Part shown: piece after piece, positions 1-12,868 of the stretch
Numbering within the stretch: position 1 is the first letter of the stretch
Layout of the letters: each line of letters opens with the position of its first letter
Assembly: GCA_951406725.2 (NCBI GenBank)
Contig: OX597838.1
Span: 22,816,001-22,880,000 of the forward strand
Source: Octopus vulgaris
Taxonomy: Eukaryota
Reading direction: 5' to 3'
Length of the DNA stretch: 64,000 nt
Made by a program: the position numbers and the translations under genes
Notes under the pieces: generated by a model
What the model saw: only the letters and a program-made list of their open reading frames with translations
What the model was told of the DNA's origin: nothing
Database searches by the model: none

Positions 1-2697
1 GGGGGGGAAGAGAGAGAAATATGCACATATATGTATATATAATAATGGAGAAATTATACAAAATGTGTAAATGGATGATGAGTAAAACACCAGCACAGTT
101 TCGATTACCTGTTGTTTTTTTTTTTCTTTTATTTGTTTCAGTCATTTGACTGCAGCCATTCTGGAGCACCGCCATTAGTCAAACAAATCGACCCAAGGAC
201 TTATTTTTGCGCAAGACTCGATAGTGGAAAGTTTTGGAATTAGGAAGGTGGGATAATTTATTAAAACTTTTATTTTTTAAATTTTGTATTGGATAATCGT
301 ATTAACTCCATTGTGAAAACCAAGAACTAAAAAAAAAATTTTAAACGGTAGAAAATTTTGGAATTAGGGGTAAGGGGAGAAATGTTTTTTTTTTAATTAT
401 TGAATAATCGTATTAATTGCATTATGCAGAAGACAGCATCGGGAAAAAAAATTGTGAAAATTGGTAAAAATAAAAGGGCTTTAGTTCGTGCTTCGAATAG
501 AATTTCGCCAGAATACCGATATTAAAAAAAATAATAAAATAGATAAGGGACAAAACTCCTTGATCAAATTATATTCAAGAGTGATGTCCCTTTAGAGAGT
601 TATGTTTCTTATTACAGAGTTATTCCACTTGGTTTTTTCCTCCAAGTTACGTCGATAAAATCAGCGGTCCCCAACCTCCGGGCCTCGAATTATTTGTTAC
701 CGGGCCGCATAAAGAGAATAAATTTTTAAACTTTAGCTTTAGTATAGTGACTAATGCAATCTGAAGTGTTTTCTGTTGGAAAACTACCGCTTCCGTCTCA
801 GCCTCTTTCCAGTACACGTCTAAGTCACAGTTTCTTTTCATGTACCGATAAATGTAGCAATAATTAATAATTCCTTCTACATAAGGTACGAAACCTGAAA
901 TTTTTTGATGGGGTGGGGGTATACTCAATTACATCGACCCCAGTACGTAACTGGTACGTATTTTATCGACCCCGAAATGATTAAAGGCAAAGTCGACCTC
1001 TGCGAAATTTGGTCTCTGAACAAAAAGACGGACGAAATGCCGCTAACGATTCTTGTCTACTCTAGGCACAAGGCCCGAAATTTTGGGGTAGGGGGCCAGT
1101 CGATTAGATCGATCTCAGTATGCAACTGGTACTTAATTTATCGACTCCGAAAGGATGGATGAAAGGCAAAGTCGACTTCGGCGGAATTTGAACTTCGAAC
1201 GTAAAAACACGAAATATCTCTAAGCCTTTTGCCTGGCGTGCTAACGTTTCTGCCAGATCACTGGGGTACCACTTTTAATGGTTTTAGAAAAATAAATTAA
1301 TCCCAGTACTTACTCTTTTATTTGTTTCAGTCATTTGACTGTGGCCATGCTGGAGCACCGCCTTTAGTCGAGGAAATTCGACTTATTCTTTGTAAGCCTA
1401 GGACTTATTCTATCGGTCTATTTTGCCAAATCGTTAAGTAAAGGGGACGTAAACACACCAGCATTGGTTGTCAAGCGATGTTGGGGGAGACAAACACAGA
1501 CACACAAACACACACACATACACACACACATACACACACATATATATATATATATACATATATACGACAGGCTTCTTTCAGTTTCCATCTACCAAATCCA
1601 TTCACAAGGCTTTGGTCGGCCCAAGGCTACAATAGAAGACACTTGCCCAAGGTGCCACGCAGTGGGACTTGAACCCGGAACCATGTGGTTAGGGTTAGGA
1701 TTCTTGTAGAAAACATTTGCTCAAGGTATCATGCAGTGGGACTGAACTCAGGGCCATGGTGTTGGGAAGCAAACATCGTACCACACAGTCACACTTTCAC
1801 CTATGAATGTTACTTGAGAATTTTTTTCTTTTTGTTTCCCTAATACAATAGAAGGCAGGTGTAGGAAGATAGTGATGGGTGGAAGAAGGGACAAGCCCAC
1901 AGCATTTGCAGGATTCTGAGTGGTAGATGCAACAGATACAGTTGACATTCTTCTTATATTGTTGCAAAAATCAATACAAGCAGGGATGGAGTTCCTGAGG
2001 GAAGACGTTTGGGGGAAGAAGGATTGACCTTAATGGTTAGAATGAAGCCTGGCTTCAGGTAGACACAGTGAGCAGGACAAATAAATGCAAACCAAGTAAG
2101 ATAGATGCACCTGAGTGAACAAGCATATGTGCATCAAAATGCACACACCTGACAAAGAAAACTACACAAGCACACACACACACACATTTATCTGTATATA
2201 TATCATCATCATCATCATCATCATCGTTTAATGTCCGTTTTCCGCGCTAGCACGGGTTGGACGGTTCGACCGGGGTCTGGGAAGCCAGGGGCTGCACCAG
2301 GATCCAGTCTGATCTGGCAGAGTTTCTACAGCTGGATGCCCTTCCTAACGCCAACCACTCCACGAGTGTAGTGGGTGCTTTTTATGTGCCACCTGCACAG
2401 GTGCCAGGGGGGTCCCGCATCGGCCACGGTCGGTTGGAGCTTTTAACGTGCCACCAGCACGGAAGCCAGCCAAGGTGGTGCTGGCAACGACGTTCGGATG
2501 GTGCTTTTTTATGTGCCACCGGCACAGAAGCCAGTCGGGGCAGCGCTGGCATTGGCCATGTTCGGATGGTGCTTTTTATGTGCTACCGGCACAGAAGCCA
2601 GTCGAGGCGTAGCTGGCAACGGCCACGTTTGGATGGTGCTTTTTATGTGCCACCGGCACAAGTATCACAACTACTATTTCCATTGATATTTATTTCG

Positions 2698-2729
<32 letters not shown>

Positions 2730-2743
2730 GTACATATACTTAC

Positions 2744-2848
2744 ATCTAGTTCATAATCACAGTTTCTCCGTCGAGTTTTTAACACAAACAGCATCATCAG
2801 ACTCAACAAACCACAGTAGAAGAAATTCCAAAAGTTTCCAGGGTCAGC
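2744..2848 (-). CDS. RNF215: RNF215-like exon 7, transmembrane helix (ADPGNFWNFFYCGLLSLMMLFVLKTRRRNCDYELD); RING exons presumably left of the window
   Basis: Polypyrimidine tract + CAG acceptor, GTAAGT donor, 105 nt, phase 0/0; TM helix followed by basic stop-transfer residues, at the position of RNF215 LWNAILLV. Confidence 0.75.
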
Positions 2849-2867
2849 CTGAAAGAAAAAAAAGTTC

Positions 2868-2918
<51 letters not shown>

Positions 2919-3153
2919 CAGTAAATCTCTCGGTTGCCATGGGTGTTACGTTCCAAAAACCCACCGCGTTAGGTGAAAATCCATAAAGCAGAAACAGTAC
3001 TCTACTGTATATTTTTTTCTTTTATTTTTATAATTCATATATATTTATTATATTATAAATGGAAAACAACATCACGGAGGAACCGACAGAAGCTTAAATA
3101 ATAAACCACAATAGGTGAACTGCGATATGGCAAGGGATTACTGTATGTATATA

Positions 3154-3257
<104 letters not shown>

Positions 3258-3575
3258 CACAAAGTTTCCAGCTTTCGTTTGTTTTGTTTTTATTTTGTTT
3301 TGTTTTTTGTTTTGGTTTTTTTTGGGTTTTACGCTTTCATTATTGTTTACTTAGATTTGCCTAAGTTTGTTTGGTTGTTGTTGTTGTTGTTGTTGTTGTT
3401 GCTGCTGCTGCTACTGCTGCTGCTGCTGTTGCCACTGCTGCTACCACTGCTGCTTCTGTTGCCATCTTGATGTTAGGTGAGCATCAGGTAAGGAAGTTTA
3501 AAATCATGTCAAACAAGGAGACAAAAAAAAAAAACAGTACAAACTTGATGTCTGCTTATGACATCACACACTGTA

Positions 3576-3618
<43 letters not shown>

Positions 3619-3701
3619 ATGTGTGTTTAATATATAAATATATATGTATGTAAACATATATATATGTATACATATATATATGTATGTATGTATACATATA
3701 G

Positions 3702-3802
<101 letters not shown>

Positions 3803-4182
3803 TATGTACACACATATTTATATATATATACATACATATATGTATATATATATATACATATATACATATACACACACACACACATCACTCAATATGTAAG
3901 TATTGTAAATATCTATCAGCCAACAAAAGACAGTATGTGTGTGTGTGTTTGAGAGTGCGTTTCAAGAATGAGTGCATTCGTGTGTGTGTGTGTGTGTGTG
4001 TGTGCGTGCATGTGTGTGTATGTGTGTGTGTGTCTGCGCACACGCATTTTATTTGTTTTGTTTTGTTTTTTTTCCAATTTAATTTTTTTTTTTTATACCT
4101 TCCCCAACCTTTCTACTTTTGTAGTCATTTAAGTTTTCGCCTAAAATCGGTTGAAAACTTCTAGGACACAAACCTTATCATA

Positions 4183-4217
<35 letters not shown>

Positions 4218-6127
4218 TTACACATACAAACATATCTATATATTTATTTATACATATATACATATATATATATATATATGTATATATTCATAGAATACTT
4301 GTAGATTCTACACACCATCAAGTTACGCTGACTAAAAATCTACACAAACAGCCAAGCACATATAAACATACATATACACATATATATACATATATATAAA
4401 TATATATATATACAACAATATATTGACCCTGATCATGATGATGATGAATAACTAACTACAAAATAAACCACCAAAAAAAAAGCAAATATTTGTCGTTACC
4501 GCAACTGGATTACGCAAAAAAAAATATCAAATTAATTAACAATTCTTCTTGTCAAGATTCAATTTAATTGCCATAAAAGGAGAGTATGATACAATTTGTT
4601 GCAACTTTGATTGCTTCCAAATTGTTCCTGTTTTGATAACAAAAAAAAAAAAACTAGTTATTATTATTATCATTATTAATAATAATAATACCATTATTAT
4701 TAATAATGATTTTATTAATGATACTATCCTTAATATTTTTCTACTGCGGATAATCATAACTCTGCTCTGACATAAGACTTGGTCATTATAAATCGTATCT
4801 GTTCGTTAAACTTTTATCTTCAACACTTTTTATTATTACTATTATTATTATTATTATTATTATTATGACAGAAGTAGCAGTAACTGTGCCTACAATAGCT
4901 ATAGCCAGAGTAGTACTAATAATATTAGTAGACGTTATAAGTTTGTTGTCATAGTCACTATACATATTATTAGCATGTGCCTTATAATCATAGCTTTTGT
5001 TATGATAATAGCAGCGTTGTTCTGATGGAACTGAGTTGGCACAGAACACAAAAAATAAAAAGGCAATTCGACCCACCACCACAATACGTCAGGCCTCCCT
5101 TTCAAAATCTTTATCAGATTGGATTCCAAACATTTTGGTGGTTTCTGGACATTCGTTGCATACCGTTTTTTAGTTTGCTCGCTAAATCTCTCAAAACAAA
5201 TTTTCCCCGTTTTTTGTCTAACCCATGCCAGCATGGACAACGGACGTTAAATGATGATGATGATGATGATGATGTATTTTGCTTAAATCCAGATCATGCA
5301 GACATTAGATTTGTCCTGTTGTCGACTTCTCAATTTTCTCCCGGACCTTCCGAGGCTGATTAACGAAACGCCGCTAACATACTAATGCCGTCGCTGTAGC
5401 TGTGTGTCACCAACATCGACGTACCTTACCATCTTTCAGAAAACATCAGAAAAAAAAAACAGAGCTTGTCAAGTAGTGACAGGACTGAGTAAAACCAATT
5501 ATACTCTGACCACTCAAATTTCTGACCTTACTGTAATTAGAAAGGCAAGATTGTTAGAGCACAGAACAAAAGGCTCTTTAGATTCTGAGATCAAACAATC
5601 TGAAATGAACTTTACTTTCCATACTTCTGTGTCAATAAAATAAAGTATCTGGTTGGACTCATACCTACACAAGAAATAATTGTTAATTTTAATAATTAGG
5701 TGAAATTTAATAATTGGTGGAACAACTTGCAAACATGCTGTACTGTCTTTAGTTACAGTTCTTTATAGGAACTGGGTGTGAATTTAATTTTGTTGTATGT
5801 GTTTCTGTGTAGTTTATGCAAAACAGAGAAATACTTTATTTTAATGTAATTTATTAGACACGTTCACATAAATACACAAACAGAATCACAGATATTCGTA
5901 CATGTAGGCAAGAACAACAGCAGCAATAGTTATTATTATTATTATTATTAATAATAATAATAGCAACAACAACAGCTGCAGTAGAAGAAGGAAAAGAAAC
6001 TGGCAAAAGAAATCTTTGATAATGTCCTACGAACAGGACTCTATGGAGTAGAAAAGGGAAAGAGAAGACAGACAGAATATAACAGAAATTACAAAAAATT
6101 CAAAATTGAGAAGCTAAGGAAAGGAAA

Positions 6128-6243
6128 ATGCCAAGGTATTATATGGCTAGCAGTGGTAGCAAGATTATGGATTCCAAGAGAGAGGATTACAAAAAGAAAT
6201 CCATCGACACCGGGTCTCGAACGAATATTGGTAAAAAATCCAG
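6128..6243 (+). CDS. C16orf78/DUF4638-like nested gene, exon 1 (MPRYYMASSGSK...GKKS); true start uncertain
   Basis: CAG|GTGAGT donor at 6244; only the ATG6128 frame (phase 2) splices in frame to exon 2. Confidence 0.55.
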
Positions 6244-8788
6244 GTGAGTGTAGATATAATGATCATATTACAGTTTTTGTTGTTGTTGTTGTTGCGGGGG
6301 GGGGGTAGCAGTGAGGGTGAAAGTGGGGGTGATGGTGGTGATTTCAATGGGATTATGGTGGTGGTTTCAGTGGGTGGTGATGGTGGTTGATGGGGGGGGG
6401 GTCTGACAGCCTACTTAGTTTGGCTGGGACCCAGCTGATCCGATCAAAAGCATTCCAACGATGACTATCCCATTCCACCATTCCACCAATCCAAGTGCAG
6501 CAAGCCCAGGACCACAATACATTACCCAATGAGTGTGTCCTTTACTAAAACATTAAGGTATGACATTTGAGGGATAACTGGCTGCTATTTTTTTTTTTTT
6601 TTGGTGGGAGGGTACCCATTGAGAGACTGTCTTGTTGATTCGAATGGTTGTTGCTGTTATTGTTGTTGCTGCTTTGTTTGTTTGTTGAGCGTCTCAAGAT
6701 TGTCCAAAACATGGTCCTTTGCTAGTCATAAGATCCGCAGAAGAGAAAGCAGGTCAACCCCCGACACCGAGAGCATCGACGGATGGATGAGTGCGCATCC
6801 AGGCTCAGTGGTTGCATAGGAAGTCAGGGACAAGAAACAGGAAGAAAAAGTGAGAGAAAGTTGGAGCGAAAGAGTACAAAGAGTACTGCCTGAGCCTCGT
6901 GGAGCTTTAGGTGTTTTGCTCAATAAACACACACAACGCCCGGTCTGGGAATCGAAACTGCAATCCTCTGACCGCGAGGCCGCTGTCCTAACCATTGGGC
7001 CATTGCGCCTCCACTTGTTGTTGCTGCTTAACCACCACTGACATCACAACCAGCCATAGGTCAAGCCCTGATGAAAGCTGTTCCAGCCATGACCACTCCA
7101 TGTGGACATTTTTTTTGCTGCCTTGTTTTGATGCAGGCGTGGGTACAAATATATAAAAACAAGAAGTGTGGAGTGAATCTAATATACTTTTTATCTTTTA
7201 CCCGTTTCAGTAATTTGACTGTGGCCATGCTGGGGCACCGCTTTCAAGAATTTTAGTTGAATGAATTGATCCCTACTCGTTTTGGTTTTGTTTTTGCTTT
7301 TTTAAGCTTGTGCCAAACCACTAAGTTACAGGGATGTAAACACACCAACATTGGTTGTCAAGCAGTGGGGTGGGAGTAGGAGGGCACAAACACAAAGTCA
7401 CACACTCATAGATATATAAAAGACATGAAGTAGTAGTAAGCTACAAACATTTTTACAAACAAAACCTTCAGATTTTTCCCTCAATAATTATTCATGTGAA
7501 CAAATGGATACAATAGCAACCACACACCTTCCTAGCACAACTGATAATAGATAAGGCATGTTTAAATTAGATGATAATTATCAATCTTCTTAATTATATA
7601 TGGCGTAGGGGTGGCTGCATGGTAAGAAGCTTGCTTCCCAACCACATGGTTCCAGGTTCAGTCCCGCTACGTGGCACCTTGGGCAAGTGTTTTCTACTAT
7701 AGCCTTCAAGCTGACCAAAGCCTTGTGAGTAGATCTTGTTAATGAAAACTGAATGAAGCCTATCATGTATGTGTGTGTATGTGTAGGCATAGCTGTGTAG
7801 TAAGACACTTCCCAACCACATGGTTCCAAGTTCAGTCCCACTGCATGGTACCTTGTGCTTTATTTGTTCTAACCACTTCCCACTTGTTTAAGTAGAACAG
7901 GAAAAGTACATACACATGAATATGTTTTCCCATTACAACTGCCTCACCACCAGATGAAGAATGTCTTCAGGGAAGCACAGTGTGTTGTATGAAGGTCTAT
8001 ACTGGCAATAGTAATGTTGTAAGAGGCATAGAGTTCTTACTATAAATACCTTCATGATACAATCAGCTCAGCTTTTGAAAACCAGAAGAGACACAACCAC
8101 ACTTTCTAAATATATATGGGATCTGAAAGACAGAGAACCACACTTTCTAAATATATGTGGGATCTGAAAGACAGAGATATTCATAACTTCAAAATTTACT
8201 GATCATTCATTGAAACCACACTTTCATATACATGATTTCAGATGTCATCATTCTACCTTCATTCCCTCTCTTTTTCATCTTTTTTTCTTTCTTTTCTTTT
8301 TTCTAGCTTCGTACAAACATCTGCACGCTCTCCTAGTCTATTTTCCTTTTTCTTCTTACTAATGGTGCATCTTATATCTTATTACCTTGATCCTTGATAT
8401 TTTGACGCCTCCACAAAAAAACCATTATTTAATTCATTTAAGTAATATTAGTAATGCTCTATCACTTCAGACCTACTTCAATAAATGAATACTAGGCTCA
8501 TATTCTGGTCTGATCTTCCATCTGACAGTAATCTATCAATCCACTTTAACAGGCTCCAGTAAAATGAATACCAAACAACAGTCATTCATGACAATGTCAT
8601 TATATTTATCAATATTGCAACTACATGTTTCTATGGCTTGCTCCACAATTTTATTCCTGGTAACGTCTCCTTTCACCAACTACACTACCACTCTCCAAGT
8701 TATCATATTTTTACACTTTTTTATACTCTTTTACTTGTTGGGGGGACAAACACAGACACACAAACATATACACACACACATACATATA

Positions 8789-8843
<55 letters not shown>

Positions 8844-8844
<1 letters not shown>

Positions 8845-9023
8845 TAAATATAAGAGAGTGGTCACTATGTGGCTCACTCTGGCAATAGATCCAATAGGTT
8901 TCAGCCACAAAATAAATGTTTCATGCTGGCTTTCATTGGAAACATTTATTTTGTGGCTGAAACCTATTGGATCTATTTCTAGTGCCAGAGTGAGCCACAT
9001 AGTGACCACTCTCTTATATTTAT
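8844..9023. repeat. near-perfect long inverted repeat (hairpin)
   Basis: ~80-bp arms, 16-nt loop, one 6-nt bulge. Confidence 0.9.
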
Positions 9024-9128
9024 GTATAAAATTTTATCATAATCCAGGTTTTTTTGTGCACTGGGCCACTTGGAGTTAAATGGATGTACTATTGAATTAG
9101 TATCCAATTTTCTCACCCTTATTAATTG

Positions 9129-9186
<58 letters not shown>

Positions 9187-9504
9187 GCTTCTTTCAGCTT
9201 CTGTCTACCAAATCCACTCACAAGGCTTTGGTTGGCCCAAGGATATGATAGAAGACACCTGCCCAAGGTGCCACACAGTGGGACTGAACCCAGAACCATG
9301 TGGTTGGTAAGAAAGCTACTTACCACACAGCCACTCCTGCACCTAGTTATGTTTTTACCTAGACATTTATACACTCTCTTCTAATCACCTTTATTACTAC
9401 TATCATCATCATCATCCTCATTTTCACTGTTGCTCTTGTTATCACTAGACTGTTTCTTAATGACCTTACTAGTACTACTACTGCATCTATTACTGTTGTT
9501 GTTA

Positions 9505-9539
<35 letters not shown>

Positions 9540-9779
9540 TGAGTTCAAATTCCATCCAATTTTATCAACTCCAGAAGGGGTCAATAAAATAAGTACCAGT
9601 TGGAGTACTGGGGGGGGGGGGTCAATGTAGTTGACTTACCCCTCCCCCTAAATTGCTGGCCTTGTGCCAAAATTTGAAATTGAATTATTATTATTATTGT
9701 TATTCTTAAGGCGGTGGCTGACAGTATCATTAGGACAGCAAACAAAAAGCTTTGTGGTATGTCACCATCGCTATGATCT

Positions 9780-10680
9780 GAGTTCAAATTCCGCCGAGGT
9801 CAACTTTGCCTTTCATCCTTTCGGGGGTCGATAAATTAAGTAGCAGTGAAACACCGGGGTCAAAGTAATCAACAAGTCCCCATCCCTCAATTTATTTCAG
9901 GCCTTGTGCCTTTAACAGAAAGGATTATTATTGTCATTTGAGTTCAAACCCTGCCACGGTCAACTTTACCTTTCATCCTTTCGGGGTCGATAAATTAAGT
10001 AGCAGTGAAACACCGGGGTCAAAGTAATCAACAAGTCCCCACCCCTCAATTTATTTCAGGCCTTGTGCCTTTAACAGAAAGGATTATTATTGTCATTTGA
10101 GTTCAAACCCTGCCAAGGTCAACTTTACCTTTCATCCTTTCGGGGTCGATAAATTAAGTAGCAGTGAAACACCGGGGTCAAAGTAATCAACAAGTCCCCA
10201 CCCCTCAATTTATTTCAGGCCTTGTGCCTTTAACAGAAAGGATTATTATTGTCATTTGAGTTCAAACCCTGCCAAGGTCAACTTTACCTTTCATCCTTTC
10301 GGGGTCGATAAATTAAGTAGCAGTGAAACACCGGGGTCAAAGTAATCAACAAGTCCCCACCCCTCAATTTATTTCAGGCCTTGTGCCTTTAACAGAAAGG
10401 ATTATTATTGTCATTTGAGTTCAAACCCTGCCAAGGTCAACTTTACCTTTCATCCTTTCGGGGTCGATAAATTAAGTAGCAGTGAAACACCGGGGTCAAA
10501 GTAATCAACAAGTCCCCACCCCTCAATTTATTTCAGGCCTTGTGCCTTTAACAGAAAGGATTATTATTGTCGAGTTCAAACCCTGCCAAGGTCAACTTTA
10601 CCTTTCCTCCTTTGAGGGTTGATAAAATAAATACCAGTTGAGTACTGGGGTTGATGTAATTCACTTACACTCTTCCCTAA
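9780..10680 (+). repeat. tandem array of ~159-bp SINE-derived units (5 full + 1 divergent)
   Basis: Unit starts at 9780, 9940, 10099, 10258, 10417, 10572; contains B-box GAGTTCAAA and the Nin-like CTTTCATCCTTTCGGGGTCGATAAA. Confidence 0.9.
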
Positions 10681-11351
10681 AATTGCTGGCCTTGCACTAA
10701 AATTTGAAATCATTATTATTATTACTAAGATTAAGTACCAGTTGAACACTTAGGTCAATGTAATTGACTCCCCCAAGCTGCCCTTGTTGCAAAAATTTGA
10801 AATTATTATTATTATTGTTATTATTACTATTATTATTATTACAATTATTATTATTATTTTATGTTTGACTTTTGCTTTGTTCAAGCTAGCTACAAGTCTC
10901 ACCCAGAGACCACAAGAGACAACAATTTGGAAGTTCATGTTGGTGTTATGCCTAGGGTGCCATATATTTGGTTTTGCAAATCGACCCCCCGAACTTATTC
11001 TTTGTAAGCCTAGTACTTATTCTATCGGTCTCTGATGCCGAACCGCTAAGTTATGGGGACATAAACACACCAGCATCGGTTATCAAGTGATGTTGGGTGG
11101 GGGGACAAACACAGACACGCAAACAGATACACACACATACACACACACAGCCATTCAGGAATTTGGACCTGGAGATCTCCACTTCCAGCGACTTCGAGGG
11201 CCACTTCCCAGTGGTGTCGGCCATCAATGAAGCACCCTCGACTACAACAAGACGACTAAAGTTTTTTTTTCCCTTTTTCCACCCCTAAGCCCTTTTTCCA
11301 CCCCTAAGCCCTAGACCATCACCTTTACCCATCTTGTTGCTTAACAACAAC

Positions 11352-11441
<90 letters not shown>

Positions 11442-11692
11442 CAACGGGCTTCTTTCAGTTTCCATCTACCAAATCCACTCACAAGGCTTTGGTCCGCCCG
11501 AGGCTATAGTAGAAGACACTTGCCCAAGGTGTCACGCAGTGGGACTGAACCCAGAACCATATGGTTGATAAGCAAGCTACTTACCACACAGCCACTCCTA
11601 CGCCTATATATATATATATATTTGTTATAGTGGAGCTGCCTTTATTTCATATGTAAATTTGTATCTATATACAATGTTTTGTTTGTTTGTAG

Positions 11693-11822
11693 CAGTGACA
11701 ACCAGAAACCCAGCACAAGCAGAAAAGAGTTTACAGAGAGTGCAAATGTAAAGACAGGAAATGAAACTCGCCAAAGTTTTGTGGAATTCCGAAAGCAAGG
11801 AATACCCTTCTTGGTGCCATCG
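11693..11822 (+). CDS. C16orf78/DUF4638-like nested gene, exon 2 (SDNQKPSTSRKEF...GIPFLVPS)
   Basis: GTTT-rich tract + TAG(CAG) acceptor, GTAACA donor, 130 nt, phase 2/0. Confidence 0.65.
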
Positions 11823-12649
11823 GTAACACACAATTCTTCCAGTCTTTCTTCCTACCACTTGGTGCTTAACCAAATCTAAACAATAAGGGCCCCGCTCATC
11901 TCAAAATCCCTGCTGTGTCACACAACTTGAATCACCAAACTTTGGTGCAGTGTGTTTAGTCCGTAGCTGTCTGTACCTCTTAGCCTTCACTTGTTTCAGT
12001 CATAGGACAGTGGCCATACTGGAGCAGTGTCTAGAAGGGTGTTTTTTTTAGGCAAACAAATCAATCCCAGTACTTACTCTTTTACTTGTTTCAGTCATTT
12101 GACTGTGGCCATGCTGGAGCACCGCCTTTAGTCGAGCAAATCTACCTCAAGACTTACTCTTTGTAAGCCTGGTACTTATTCTATCGGTCTCTTTCGCTGA
12201 ACCGCTAAGTTACGGGGACGTAAACACACCAGCAGCAGTTGTCAAGCGATGTTGAGGGTGGGAACAAACACAGACATACAAACATATAAACACACACATA
12301 TACATATATACGACGGGCTTCTTTCAGTTTCTGTCTACCAAATCCACTCACAAGACTTTGGTCGGCCCGAGGCTTATAGTAGAAGACACTTGCCCAAGGT
12401 GCCACGCAGCGGAACTGAACCCAGAACCATGTGGTTTGTAAGCAAGCTACTTACCACACAGCCACCCCTAGCCTGGTACTTATTCTATCATTCTCTTTTG
12501 CCAAACAACTAAGTTACCGGGACAAAAACAAACCAACAATTGTTGTCAAGCAGTGATGAAAAATAAACACAAGCACACACACACACACACATTTACATAC
12601 AAAAGATAAAGGCATTTGCAAATGCAGGAAGTCTGTGAGGACAGCTTAA

Positions 12650-12868
12650 CCCTTTAGCATTTAAACAGGCCATATCCAGCCAAAAGTATTCTGCCTATTT
12701 TATGTTCAAACTGACCGGATCTGGTCTCTCACACCAACCCTACAATATTGTTCTAGAAATTAACAGCTACCTCATCTAATCTCATAGCTACAAGATAATG
12801 CATGATTAGATCAAAACAATGTGGATAAAAAAACATTAATTTGGCAGAATAATGCGAACACTAAAGGG
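12650..12868. mobile_element. piggyBac-type MITE
   Basis: TTAA-CCCTTTAG...CTAAAGGG-TTAA; related elements at ~51400-51585 and ~54620-54885. Confidence 0.7.

Noticed and set aside
647-928. Possible next RNF215-like exon (MKRNCDLDVYWKE...)
   Set aside because: No convincing acceptor or donor, no RING motif, and it adjoins a hAT-like end (CAGCGGTCCCCAACC).
2257-2976. 239-aa ORF and the many similar LQLDALPNANHS ORFs
   Set aside because: Antisense translation of the RTE 3' UTR repeat; recurs throughout the window.
9780-10680. Regularly spaced repeats resembling a CRISPR array
   Set aside because: Units are wholly identical with no unique spacers, are SINE-derived, sit in a eukaryotic context, and have no cas genes.
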